Numbered from the stretch's first letter, positions 9,773 to 19,196 are shown. The stretch: 64,000 nt of DNA from Bacteroidota bacterium (GCA_039024435.1 JBCCQH010000027.1:1963-65962); one strand, 5' to 3'. Numbers and translations are program-made. Notes: generated by a model not told the origin, from the sequence alone.

Positions 9773-10897
9773 ATGAAGCCACTGCAAATCACCCTCATCG
9801 TGGCGCTGTTGGGATTGGGCGCTTCGCTCGATGCCCAGACCACGATCACTGCCGGCGCTGCGCCCGGCACCCTTACGCTTATTCCCTTTGTTCCGACCTG
9901 TTTTGGCAATGGATCTACCTCCGCCTCGGCGTGTGGAAACACGGTCACCTTTAACTTCACCAGTTTCCAAATCTCGAGTTGTCCGAGTTCGGGGCAGATG
10001 CCAGCTCCCGGCTCGGTGGCCTTCGGTGGTCCCGGGAGTTCGGCCTCATTTGCTTTTTACCACACGTTGAGCTATTCCCCGGCCAATGAGCACCAACAAC
10101 TTCTTTTCAGCGCACCGATCACAACCTTTCAGTTTTCCTGTTCGGGGCCGTTTGGCGCAGGGGAAGTCTTCAGCGTGCAGGTATACAATGGGGCCACGCA
10201 GGTGGGCAATCACACGTTCAATGTCCCAGGACAGGGCGTCAACCTGACCTACTACATCGGTGGGGCCCCTTTTGACCGGGTCCAATTCACGGAAATCAAT
10301 GCCATCAGTGCCGACGACGAATTGTTCGGCGATTTTTTCGTTGATGGACCGGGCTGTCCCTTGCCGGTAGAAATGATTTCCGCTGAAGCCCGCTTCGAAC
10401 ACGGCCATGCAGTCCACGTCGAATGGGAAACGCACGGGGAATCGGCCCTCAATCACTTTGCGGTGGAGCGCTCCCGAGACGGTCACATCTGGACCGAACT
10501 CGGTCGCAGGGCGGCCCGCAACGCTCCCGGACCCAATTTTTACCAGTATGAGGACCGCGATCCCCGGGTTGGGGCGAACTACTACCGGATTGCCGTTACC
10601 GGACAGAATGGTGAGCAGGAATTCAGTCCGGTACTACAGGTAGCGGTGGAGCGGGCCCCGAATCCGACGGTGTACCTGCTCCCGAATCCTGCCCGCGAAA
10701 CAACGGTCCTGGAACTGAACGGGATGCCCGGCCGCAAGATGGTCAAAATCTCCACTCTGCTCGGGCGCGTGGTGGACCAGTTTTCGGTGGAATCCTCCCG
10801 CGGGGAACTCGACCTCAACGGCTACCCCGCCGGAATTTACCTGATTCAAGTAATCCACGCGGGCACAGTGCGCAATCGCAGACTCATCGTAGAGTAA
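9773..10897 (+). CDS. secreted protein with T9SS C-terminal sorting domain
   Basis: Signal peptide MKPLQITLIVALLGLGASLDAQ. The C-terminal ~80 aa (VYLLPNPARETTVLEL ... GIYLIQV ... RRLIVE) match the Por secretion-tail pattern. Confidence 0.72.
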   Translation: MKPLQITLIVALLGLGASLDAQTTITAGAAPGTLTLIPFVPTCFGNGSTSASACGNTVTFNFTSFQISSCPSSGQMPAPGSVAFGGPGSSASFAFYHTLSYSPANEHQQLLFSAPITTFQFSCSGPFGAGEVFSVQVYNGATQVGNHTFNVPGQGVNLTYYIGGAPFDRVQFTEINAISADDELFGDFFVDGPGCPLPVEMISAEARFEHGHAVHVEWETHGESALNHFAVERSRDGHIWTELGRRAARNAPGPNFYQYEDRDPRVGANYYRIAVTGQNGEQEFSPVLQVAVERAPNPTVYLLPNPARETTVLELNGMPGRKMVKISTLLGRVVDQFSVESSRGELDLNGYPAGIYLIQVIHAGTVRNRRLIVE

Positions 10898-10904
10898 GTA
10901 CTTT

Positions 10905-11870
10905 TCAAGTTGAGGGGGGTGTACTCGCCGTGGGTCGCAGGGCCCCGGGTTTGCGACCGAGGCGGCGTTCCCTCGCCAGATTTGCCGCCTTGACCGCTTC
11001 GGAGGCCCCGGGTGAGAAAGGATAAGTGTGGATCGTACCGAAGGTTTCGGCTTCATCGTCGATGTACCAGATGCCCATTTCGGTGCCCTCCGCCGGAGCG
11101 GGTGCAACCAGGGTGCCAAACACCCAGTCCCACATCGGCCAGACGGAGGCGTAGTTTAACGCTTGGTCCATTTCCTGGCGGTGGTGGGCGCGGTGCATTT
11201 CCGGCCCGGGAAAAATGTAGTTGAAGACTCCGAGTCGCATATCCAGATTCGAATGGTGGATGCCCCCAAGGGCGGTCGGGTGGAACATGACCCAGAAAAA
11301 CGCCTCGTTGGACATCCCGAGGCTGCGGGTAATCGCCAGGACCACAATCAGCGATAGCAAGTCAAAGGTGTGTGCCCGTGCACCGGAGAGTACGGTCAAG
11401 CGGCGCGGTGCGTGGTGGCCCAGGTGCAATTTCCAGAGGAAGCTGTCGCCGGTTTCGTGTTCCAGGCGGTGCCACCAGTACAGCAGCAGGTCGTGAAACG
11501 CGGTCCCCCAGAGGATCTGCGCCCAAATCGGCAAGTCCGCAAAGGGCAAAGCGCCCGGGAACAGACCTTCTTCGGGGATGAACAGCAGAAGGGGATGAAA
11601 GATGCCCAAAAAAACAATTGACCAGGTCGCAAATGCAAAATCGGTCACTCGCTGGCGGGTATTCAGCTCGTAGTGCTGGCTGCGGTGGCGCCACTCAAAG
11701 CCCAGAAGAACGATGCTCAACGCGGTCAGGGCAGCCACAAAGGCGATAAAGTCGGTCAGGATGGGCCCCAGTTGCGCGTGCAGGGTGTCATGGTAGATAA
11801 AAAAGGCGTAGATGCCGTAGGTAATGAGCGCCGAGAAGGGAAAAAGGAAATACCGAACGAAAAATTGCAT
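10905..11870 (-). CDS. fatty acid hydroxylase / sterol desaturase family membrane protein
   Basis: Multi-TM N-terminal region plus histidine boxes HRLEHE, HLGHHAPRR and HRAHH. Confidence 0.75.
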   Translation of the reverse strand: MQFFVRYFLFPFSALITYGIYAFFIYHDTLHAQLGPILTDFIAFVAALTALSIVLLGFEWRHRSQHYELNTRQRVTDFAFATWSIVFLGIFHPLLLFIPEEGLFPGALPFADLPIWAQILWGTAFHDLLLYWWHRLEHETGDSFLWKLHLGHHAPRRLTVLSGARAHTFDLLSLIVVLAITRSLGMSNEAFFWVMFHPTALGGIHHSNLDMRLGVFNYIFPGPEMHRAHHRQEMDQALNYASVWPMWDWVFGTLVAPAPAEGTEMGIWYIDDEAETFGTIHTYPFSPGASEAVKAANLARERRLGRKPGALRPTASTPPST

Positions 11871-12033
11871 GTCAAAATGAAAGTGGCGTTGCGGAAGGTT
11901 TTAGGATCTTTCCGTAAGCTAATGCCACTTGCGACCGGTGTCGTCCGGTCCCGGTCGCGCATACGTCCGCCTGGTCTGGGGGAAGTCCGGCTGCTGGGGC
12001 GCCCCACCAGTCGAACGCTTTAATCACTGATTT

Positions 12034-12408
12034 TCAACGGCTTGCCGACTCAGCGGTTGCGGTTAATGCACTGGTTTCGATCTTCTGGGTGAAGTGCTGT
12101 CCGACTCGGTTTTCTGACCAAATGAAGACCCTGACTTTGTAATGTCCGGGAAACCGGTAGCGGTGCGAAGCGGTGCTTGATTCGGCCACTTCACCATCCC
12201 CAAAGTCCCAGAGCAGTGAAGCGCGGTCGGGCAGCTCGATTCCTACCAATTTAAAGGTGATTTTGCCGCTCAGTGCGTCGGTCCGAAATTCGATGTGGGG
12301 AACATTGTCCTGGGCGCAAACGCAACTTGCAGTTCCCCAAAGCATGACCAGCGGCAAAACAAGGCGAAAAAATGTGGCGGCTTTGGTGGTGGTTTGTGTT
12401 TGATTCAT
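12034..12408 (-). CDS. small secreted PKD-domain protein
   Basis: Signal peptide plus the PKD signature WDFGDGE...HRYRFPGHYKVRV. Confidence 0.65.
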   Translation of the reverse strand: MNQTQTTTKAATFFRLVLPLVMLWGTASCVCAQDNVPHIEFRTDALSGKITFKLVGIELPDRASLLWDFGDGEVAESSTASHRYRFPGHYKVRVFIWSENRVGQHFTQKIETSALTATAESASR

Positions 12409-12513
12409 ACTTCAATATAGGAACGGGTATTGACAACATTTGTCAGTGGGCAGAGGGATTTTTCCTAGGGTTATTTTCGATCAATTGCACCGTGAAAGCG
12501 CTCGCCTTTTTTA

Positions 12514-12677
12514 AGAGGCTGTTTAAATTTAATTCTGCGATTTTGCTATGGCATCTTTTTCCGCCCCTCTTCAGCTATTTTCTCGCCCATAGCTTTGGCT
12601 ATGGACTCCAAAATGAGCTTCGATGGACAAAAAAATCTGCGATAGCAAATTTCACAAACCAATTTTAAACAGCCTCT
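12514..12677. repeat. MITE-like 164-bp repeat, copy A (full length)
   Basis: Perfect 14-bp terminal inverted repeat AGAGGCTGTTTAAA ... TTTAAACAGCCTCT. It has an internal hairpin CCATAGC/GCTATGG. By-eye alignment gives roughly 88 percent identity to 57358-57521. Confidence 0.8.
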
Positions 12678-12792
12678 AAGACGTTGCTTATAAGGCTCTG
12701 GTAGTCCCTCGTCGGTCATCCCGACGACTGGGACAAGGTCAGGAACCCGCCTCACTTGACCAAACAAAAGAACTGACATTTCTAGCTATTCA

Positions 12793-12906
12793 CGCCAATT
12801 TGGCAGCGGCCCGAAACCGAATTGGCGCCATTTTGGCAGTAATAATTTGTGGGTGGCGCCATTTTGGCAGCTTTTGGCACGAAAAATCGACTGGCACGGG
12901 AATTGA
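12793..12906 (+). promoter_or_regulatory. tandem repeats plus sigma-54-like -24/-12 element upstream of the hsp20 gene
   Basis: Three copies of CGCCA(A/T)TTTGGCAG lie at 12793, 12826 and 12857; two carry the palindrome TGGCGCCA. TGGCAC-N5-TTGA follows at 12892-12906, with GG-to-GA spacing equal to the TGGCAC-N5-TTGC consensus and the -12 GC degraded to GA. Confidence 0.3.
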
Positions 12907-12964
12907 AAGCAATGGAGCGTAATCAAAATCCAAAATTGAACGAAAACTTAAAACCGATACAAAA

Positions 12965-13429
12965 ATGAAAATCGCAAAATTTAACCCCCGCCCGAACACG
13001 AACTTCGTCATGGACCGCTTTTTCAACGAAGACTTCTTCAAGCCGTTTTTCGACGATGAGTTCCTTCGCCCCTCTTTCCGCAACCACGTATTCGGGGCCA
13101 CAGTACCGTTTGTGAACATTGCCGAAACCACCGACAGCTTCCGGATTGAAGTTGCCGCTCCGGGCCAGGAAAAGGATGACTTCAAAGTCAACCTGGACAA
13201 AAACCTGCTCAAGATCTCGGTCAAAAACGAAACCAACCCCGATGCGTCCAAGGACAACTACCGCCGGCGTGAATTTAACTTCAGCTCCTTTGAGCGTTCT
13301 TTCCGCCTACCCGAAACGGTCGACCGCGACAAGATCGACGCCAAATACATCAACGGTGTGCTGAACATCATCCTTCCCAAGCTGGAAGCCGCGATTGAAA
13401 AGCCCGCCCGCGACATTGAGATTGGATAA
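12965..13429 (+). CDS. Hsp20/alpha-crystallin family small heat-shock protein
   Basis: Alpha-crystallin domain: VNIAETTDSFRIEVAAPGQEKDDFKV, FERSFRLPETVD, YINGVLNIILPK. Confidence 0.85.
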   Translation: MKIAKFNPRPNTNFVMDRFFNEDFFKPFFDDEFLRPSFRNHVFGATVPFVNIAETTDSFRIEVAAPGQEKDDFKVNLDKNLLKISVKNETNPDASKDNYRRREFNFSSFERSFRLPETVDRDKIDAKYINGVLNIILPKLEAAIEKPARDIEIG

Positions 13430-13650
13430 CCCTCCAACCCGCAGTACAGACCTGCCGGCGCGGAGTTCCGACCAACGGTCCGAACAAACCCGGGCTTAGC
13501 GCCGGCAACCTTACCGCAGACAACCTGCCGTACATAGAAGTGATTATCTGAAGAATATTAGTGGCAAGCTTTTTATATACACAGCCAATCGTGGCGCAAA
13601 GACTCGCAGAGTGGAGTTGGCTGAAATAGTGTTTTGTTTGTAATTCAGGG

Positions 13651-13697
13651 TTTTTATCGAGGTCGGCTCATGGGAATTGGAGCCGACCTCGTTTTTT
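13651..13697. terminator. bidirectional intrinsic terminator between hsp20 and the convergent kinase gene
   Basis: An 11-bp stem, CGAGGTCGGCT (13658-13668) with AGCCGACCTCG (13681-13691), is flanked by T-runs readable on both strands. Confidence 0.65.
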
Positions 13698-13785
13698 ATC
13701 GGCCCGGCACCACTTGACGGTCGATTCAATGGCCGTAGAAAAATTTGAAATTGGGATTTTGCTGCGAAAATTTGGGGAAATCCGC

Positions 13786-15777
13786 TCAATTTTCGAGGGG
13801 CAGGCGAATGAGAAACACCGCGCCGCCACCTTCGGCATCCTGCACCGTGATTTGCCCCTGATGACCCTTGGCGACGGTCTCAAACGCGAGACTCAACCCC
13901 AAGCCCGTGCCCTGATTCGGTGGTTTCGTGGTGAAAAACGGCTCGAATACCTTATCCTTGTGGTCATCGGGAACTCCGGGACCATTGTCCTGAACCCGAA
14001 TCTCCAATTCTGACCCCACCCTTTGCGTCACCACTTTCAGTCGCGGCCCAAATTCCGGCCCTTCCTGGGCGACCCGGCTCCCCAGCGCCTCAAATGCATT
14101 CCCGATCACATTCAGCAAGGCCCGGCCCAGGTCCGCCCGCACCATGGGCACCGCCTTATCGGCCATACCCGGCACGAACTCCACCGCACAATCAAAAGCG
14201 CCGGGCTTTCCGCGCATGCTGTGAAACGCCACCTGTAGGTATTCCTCCACAAACTGATCGACGGCAACGGATTCCTTTTGCTTCTCACTGCCCCCCGCGT
14301 GACGCAACATATCGGTCACGATGCGGCTGGCCCGTTGGCCGTGCTCAAGTACCTTCCCCGAATTCGTACGGATGTCACGGAAATATTCAAATACCGTATC
14401 CGCCGAATCCCCGGAAAAGGGCTGCCCCTGCAAATCAGTCAATTCTTCCGCCGCCTCATCCACCATATCCACACTGAGCCGGGAAAGGCTGTTTACGAAG
14501 TTCAGTGGATTGCGGATTTCGTGGGCAATACCGGCCGTAACCTGCCCCAACGACGCAAGCTTTTCCGTGCGCACCAACTGGTTTTGTGCCCGCTGCAAAC
14601 TGTCTAGCGCAGCCCGCAAACGCCGATTGGCCCGGTTTTTTAGAATGACCGCCCGCGCGAGAACTGCCAGGAAAATCCCCACCAGAATGAGTCCCCCCAG
14701 GATGATGTAAGAGCGCAGGCGCTCGGTCTTCAATTCTTCCTCCGCCAGGGCCGTTTTCGCTCGTTCAAGGTCGACCTGCTGGGCGATTTTTTCATTTTCC
14801 AAGCGCAATTGTTTCTTCTCGTAGCCCGCCACGATGTCCGACAGTTGGCGGGCATTCACGTCCCCGAGCAGGCTGTCGCGCACGACATTGTTCAGTTGGT
14901 AATACTCAGCGGCTTCGGCATCCCGGCCGCGCTCCTTCATCAGGTCCCCCAGCAATTGGTAGAGATCCATGGTGCTGGCGCGCGACCCGATTTCTCGGGC
15001 CAATTTTAGCCCCTTGCGCGCATAGTTTTCGGCGACCAAGTATTTCTTTTCCCCCTGGCTCACCCGGGCCAGCCCGTATTGGGCCCGAACGGTGCGCTCC
15101 CGGTCATTGGTCCGTTCAAACTGATTCAGGGCATCGCGGAAACGCCCTCGAGACAGGGTAAACCGCTTTTTGTCGAGAAAGAGAAATCCCAATTGCAAAT
15201 TGGCGAGGGCAGCGGTTTCCCGATCTTCGACCTTCCGGGCCAGGCGGGCCGCGTCGACGTACATCTTGTGGGCCAGGTTTTGGTTTCCGGCTCCCTCTTC
15301 CAGTTCACCCAAGGCCAGGTAGACCTTGGCCTGGCGTCCCACGTCTTCCGCCTTGCCCAAGCGGTCCAATGCTGCACGATAATACACGCGCGCCGAATCC
15401 AGGGTGTCGAGTTCCCGGTAGACCTCTCCGATTGAAGTCAGGTCCCGCGCTTCTCCGCCGTAATTGCCCAGGATATCTTCGAGCTCGCGGCTGCGCAGCA
15501 AGTCAGGCAGTGCCTCCCGGTAGTGGTTGGCTTGGATCAGGATTTCCGCGCGGTGGCGCACCGCCCGTACGATCAGCCGATCTTTTTCTTCAAATTCCGC
15601 CAGGATCACTGCCCGGTCCGCATAGGCCAGTGCCGAGTCCACCTGCTCCGGCATGAAACGGGTAGAGCGTTGCAAGAGATCCCGGAGGGCGTCCTGGGCC
15701 AAAGTCGACGGGCCAATCAGCCCCCCCAGCAACAGACACAATCCGGCGCGGATCAGTAGAAGGTGCCAATGTTTCAT
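13786..15777 (-). CDS. sensor histidine kinase with N-terminal TPR-like repeats
   Basis: Signal/TM segment, TPR-like repeats, a coiled coil and a TM, then the H-box AHEIRNPLNF and G-box GTGLGLSL. Start chosen at the ATG at 15777, which forms an ATGA overlap with the upstream stop. Confidence 0.8.
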   Translation of the reverse strand: MKHWHLLLIRAGLCLLLGGLIGPSTLAQDALRDLLQRSTRFMPEQVDSALAYADRAVILAEFEEKDRLIVRAVRHRAEILIQANHYREALPDLLRSRELEDILGNYGGEARDLTSIGEVYRELDTLDSARVYYRAALDRLGKAEDVGRQAKVYLALGELEEGAGNQNLAHKMYVDAARLARKVEDRETAALANLQLGFLFLDKKRFTLSRGRFRDALNQFERTNDRERTVRAQYGLARVSQGEKKYLVAENYARKGLKLAREIGSRASTMDLYQLLGDLMKERGRDAEAAEYYQLNNVVRDSLLGDVNARQLSDIVAGYEKKQLRLENEKIAQQVDLERAKTALAEEELKTERLRSYIILGGLILVGIFLAVLARAVILKNRANRRLRAALDSLQRAQNQLVRTEKLASLGQVTAGIAHEIRNPLNFVNSLSRLSVDMVDEAAEELTDLQGQPFSGDSADTVFEYFRDIRTNSGKVLEHGQRASRIVTDMLRHAGGSEKQKESVAVDQFVEEYLQVAFHSMRGKPGAFDCAVEFVPGMADKAVPMVRADLGRALLNVIGNAFEALGSRVAQEGPEFGPRLKVVTQRVGSELEIRVQDNGPGVPDDHKDKVFEPFFTTKPPNQGTGLGLSLAFETVAKGHQGQITVQDAEGGGAVFLIRLPLEN

Positions 15778-17765
15778 CCCCGGTCGACCGCCTCCCGCGG
15801 ACTGATTCCGTAGTGGTCTTTGAAGCATTTTGTAAAGTATGAAGAACTGCCAAACCCAGTTTTCAAAGCGACCTCCCAGACCGGGGCCGAACGCGTAACC
15901 AACATTTGCCGGGCGCGTTCCAAGCGGTAGTTGCGGATAAAGCGTACCGGGGATTCGCCGGTCAGGGCATTCAGTTTGCGGCCCAAAGTCCGGCGGCTCA
16001 TCGCCAGTTCATCGGCCATCATCTCTACCCCAAAAAGTTCATCGTTCAGGTGCGCTTCCATGACGCGCTTGACCTCGCCGAGGAATTGATCTTCCATGGA
16101 GGGGGCTTTGACCTTTTCCGGCCGCAGAAAATCGCGGCGAAATCGTTCCCGCAACCGCTCGCGCTGGTCCAGCAGGGCTTGGATCTGCGCCCGCAGTTCT
16201 TCAGGGTGGAAAGGTTTGCTGAGGTAGGCTTCCGCACCGGTTTGCAGGCCTTCGACGCGGTGGTCCGCTTGGGCCTTTGCCGTGAGAAGGATCACGGGGA
16301 TGTGGCTGGTACTGCGCTCGTGGCGGAGCAATTCCAGCATGCCCACCCCATCCAGCTCCGGCATCATCCAATCGGAAATGATGAGGTCGGGCACGGTTTT
16401 CCGGGCTTTCTCCCAGCCTATTTGTCCATTTTCAGCGGTTTCCAGCCGGAAGCCACCTTGCAACAGATCCACAATGTAGCGGCGCATATCCGGATTGTCC
16501 TCCACCAACAACAAATGCGGTGCATCCTCGGTCGCCGGGTTCTGTACCTCAGGGGAAGGCATTGTGGGGGCAGCCTCGGGCAATTCCGGAGTCTGACTGG
16601 AAAAGCCGCCGGCGGTGCGTTGGGCAGAAAGATGGCGCGGCAGTTGGAGGATAAATTCTGATCCCACCCCAGGCTCGGAATGCAGCTCGATTTGGCCACC
16701 GTGCAGTTCTGCGAGGGCGCGTGACAGCGCCAGTCCAATCCCCGTACCCGGATAGGCGCTGTTTTCGCCGGCGTCGCCTCGACCGAAGCGTTCAAAAATG
16801 CGGTCCAGTTGCTCCGCTGGGATACCGGAGCCATTGTCTTTGACGTGGAAATCGACTCGATTTTCCCGCGGAACCAGCCGGAGTTCCACCCGGCCACCCG
16901 CGGAGGTGAATTTGACCGCATTTGAGAGCAGGTTCATCAGGATGCGAAGCAATTTGGGCGGATCGGCGGTCAGTTCAATGTTTTCCTCGGACGCAGAAAA
17001 TTGCAATTGGAGGTCTTTTTCTTCGGCCAAGGGTCGGAAGGCAGCGATCAAGTCCCGGCCCAGGGCCACGGCTTCCACGGGCTGGAGTTCCAGGTCCATG
17101 CGCCGGGCATCGATTCGGGCAAAGTCCAGCAACTGGTTGATGAGGTCGAGGAGCAGCCGGCCATTGCGCTTGGCTTGGTTGAGGAAGCGGCGCACCGCTT
17201 CTTCCTGGCTCAGGTCAAAGGCCGATTCCAGCGGCCCGAGCAATAGGGTGAGCGGCGTGCGCAATTCGTGAGTGACATTTTCGAAGAACTCCTTTTGCAG
17301 GCGGCGGCTGTACTCGATGCGCTCCTTTTCCCGGCGGGTCTCCTCCAATTGCCGGCTGGCTTCGATGGCTTGCTGGGTCTTCGCCAATTCGCGGACGGCT
17401 TTGTCCAGCACCCGTTCCAACTCTTCCACATCCAAGGGCTTGGTCACAAAGTCGTAGGCCCCCTGGTTCATCGCCTCACGGATATTGGCCATGTCGTCGT
17501 AAGCCGAGATGATGAGGGGAACCAGCAGGGCGCGGTCCAGGGTGCGGATTTCCCGGAGCAGGGCCAGGCCATTCATGACCGGCATGTTGATATCGGTAAA
17601 GACAATGGAAACGGTGGGATCGGCCCGCAAGACTTCCAGGGCAGCCCGACCGTGCTCGGCAAAGGCAAACTCGAGTTCGCCCTTCCGGATACGGCGGCGA
17701 AACTTTTGGCGAAATATGAGTTGGACGTCCGGTTCGTCGTCAACAACAAGGATCTTCAGGCTCAC
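15774..17765 (-). CDS. hybrid REC-HisKA-HATPase-REC-AraC(HTH) regulator
   Basis: Contains ILVVDDEPD and DINMP (REC), THELRTPLT (H-box), GTGIGLAL, a second REC (LLLVEDNPDMR, SDWMMPELDG), and a C-terminal AraC-type HTH. Start moved to GTG at 17765 because the longer ORF would run through the yegP terminator. Confidence 0.8.
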   Translation of the reverse strand: MSLKILVVDDEPDVQLIFRQKFRRRIRKGELEFAFAEHGRAALEVLRADPTVSIVFTDINMPVMNGLALLREIRTLDRALLVPLIISAYDDMANIREAMNQGAYDFVTKPLDVEELERVLDKAVRELAKTQQAIEASRQLEETRREKERIEYSRRLQKEFFENVTHELRTPLTLLLGPLESAFDLSQEEAVRRFLNQAKRNGRLLLDLINQLLDFARIDARRMDLELQPVEAVALGRDLIAAFRPLAEEKDLQLQFSASEENIELTADPPKLLRILMNLLSNAVKFTSAGGRVELRLVPRENRVDFHVKDNGSGIPAEQLDRIFERFGRGDAGENSAYPGTGIGLALSRALAELHGGQIELHSEPGVGSEFILQLPRHLSAQRTAGGFSSQTPELPEAAPTMPSPEVQNPATEDAPHLLLVEDNPDMRRYIVDLLQGGFRLETAENGQIGWEKARKTVPDLIISDWMMPELDGVGMLELLRHERSTSHIPVILLTAKAQADHRVEGLQTGAEAYLSKPFHPEELRAQIQALLDQRERLRERFRRDFLRPEKVKAPSMEDQFLGEVKRVMEAHLNDELFGVEMMADELAMSRRTLGRKLNALTGESPVRFIRNYRLERARQMLVTRSAPVWEVALKTGFGSSSYFTKCFKDHYGISPREAVDRG

Positions 17766-17777
17766 CCCGGAAGATAC

Positions 17778-17806
17778 AAAAAAAAGGGCCGACAAATTGC
17801 CGGCCC
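17778..17806 (-). terminator. rho-independent terminator after the YegP-like gene
   Basis: The minus strand reads GGGCCGGCAATTTGTCGGCCC followed by T8. Confidence 0.7.
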
Positions 17807-17824
17807 GGGTGGGTTTACTTGCGG

Positions 17825-18175
17825 TCAATTGGCTTGCAAGAGGCCCAGGTCGTTGACCCGGCCGAATTGTGCGGCTTTCATCACCGCCCGTACCCCATTG
17901 TCCCGACCCTGTTTCGATTCGTACAATTCGCTCCAGCCGATGATCCGGCCGCTTTTGGAGCGCAACTGGAAGTAAAATTTATGGTTGGCGGAGCGCTTAA
18001 GGGTAAATCGTCCCTCTTCGATGGCATTTTCCATCACGTGGGCGATGCCGTGCAATACCGAAAACTTAGAGCTGTATCCGCGACCGGTCATGATCGGTTC
18101 ACCGTTGGCCGCTTTGAGGCGATAGTAAAACTTGCCGTCCTCGGCGGCGAAGATTTCAAATTTTGGTCTTCTCAT
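17825..18175 (-). CDS. YegP/DUF1508 family protein (two tandem repeats)
   Basis: Duplicated motif: FYYRLKAANGEPIMTGRGYSSK and FYFQLRSKSGRIIGWSELYESK. Confidence 0.75.
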   Translation of the reverse strand: MRRPKFEIFAAEDGKFYYRLKAANGEPIMTGRGYSSKFSVLHGIAHVMENAIEEGRFTLKRSANHKFYFQLRSKSGRIIGWSELYESKQGRDNGVRAVMKAAQFGRVNDLGLLQAN

Positions 18176-18433
18176 AATTTGCAGTTTGAATTGAGGTTTT
18201 TGATGGGGGAGTTCGGATCTTATGCTGCACTTGGCTCGGCAGATTTCAAAATTCCAGTTTGAACCCCTTACCAGCGATTTGTTACTTAAATATACGGGCG
18301 CACCTTGACATCATGTGTCAATGTAAACCGGAAAAACTGTTCCCATACAAGGAAAATGGGGAAACAATTACAGTACAAGTGGGCGGTACAATTGGAATAT
18401 GGGAGACGATGGAAAGCGGTCCATTCGCAATGT

Positions 18434-19168
18434 TTATCGGCGGCGAAGTAAAATTCGGATGAAATTGAGTCCTTCGCCCAGGAGAATGCGCGGATTGACT
18501 TTCGAAAAAACCACGTCGGGCTTCAGTTCGACCGGAGCCGGAAGCAAGCGAATTCCCTTCGCATTCGAAGCGAGGTAGATAAATTCCAGGTCAAAGAGGA
18601 AACGCCGGATGCTGGTTTGGAGAAATAGCTTACGGCCCGTAGCATTGAAGCCCTTGAGGCCACATTGGGTATCGGTGAGGCGAAGGCGGAGAAAGGTCCG
18701 TAGCATCCAGCGCAGCAAGCGAGATATGCGGCGGCGACCCGCGGGAACATTGGTGTAATACCCTTCATCGCGCACCCCGGCGACGATATCGGCTTGCCCC
18801 TCCGCCAGCATCCGGTAGAGGCCGATCAGGCTGTGCTCGCGATAGGGAAAGTCCACATCGGTGTAAATCTGCACTTGTGAGGTCGCCGTCTGCATTCCGG
18901 TGCGCAGAGCGTGGCCTTTCCCACGGTTGGGCGCGTAGGCCAGGTAGCGAAATTGAATTCCGGCGGCGTGAAGTGCCCGCTCCAACTCCAATTCCTCCCC
19001 CCCGGCTTTGGGCAAGCCACGTGTCGAACCATCATTGACCAAAATCACACACAGGTCCGTTTCCACCAACTCCGCCGCAATCTTCCCGAGTGCCTCCACT
19101 ACCCGCTGCCGCCAGCCCGCCGCCGGATTGTAACAAGGCAATACGATATCGAGTGAGGGAAGTGCCAA
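18434..19168 (-). CDS. family 2 glycosyltransferase
   Basis: N-terminal LDIVLPCYNP, VNDGS, and the DxD-like YTDVDFPY. TTG start. Confidence 0.7.
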   Translation of the reverse strand: MALPSLDIVLPCYNPAAGWRQRVVEALGKIAAELVETDLCVILVNDGSTRGLPKAGGEELELERALHAAGIQFRYLAYAPNRGKGHALRTGMQTATSQVQIYTDVDFPYREHSLIGLYRMLAEGQADIVAGVRDEGYYTNVPAGRRRISRLLRWMLRTFLRLRLTDTQCGLKGFNATGRKLFLQTSIRRFLFDLEFIYLASNAKGIRLLPAPVELKPDVVFSKVNPRILLGEGLNFIRILLRRR

Positions 19169-19196
19169 AGGGTAGTCCTGCAGTTGTCGACGGGTT

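Noticed and set aside
11975-12010. GGGGGAAGTCCGGCTGC resembling the RNase P RNA P4 motif (GAGGAAAGUCCGGGC)
   Set aside because: The whole intergenic space is only ~160 nt, too short for RNase P RNA. The complementary 3' P4 strand and other conserved regions are not present.
12546-12779. 77-aa ORF, and its look-alike 57240-57491, sharing the peptide KLILESIA.AMGEKI.EEGRKKMP
   Set aside because: The similarity is explained by both ORFs lying inside copies of the 164-bp MITE-like repeat. The ORFs extend into unrelated flanks, and the third copy is truncated within the supposed coding part.
12793-12870. Regularly spaced short direct repeats considered as a mini CRISPR array
   Set aside because: There are only three units of ~14 nt with a ~31-nt period, which is far shorter than CRISPR repeats. 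No cas genes are present in the window. The repeats fit a promoter/enhancer array better.
18259-18462. 67-aa plus-strand ORF between the YegP-like and GT2 genes, with a TTGACA-N5-TGTCAA palindrome at ~18304-18320
   Set aside because: The ORF overlaps the 3' end of the GT2 gene and lies on the opposite strand to both neighbours, with no motif. The palindrome is a single occurrence, so no regulatory role can be supported from sequence alone.
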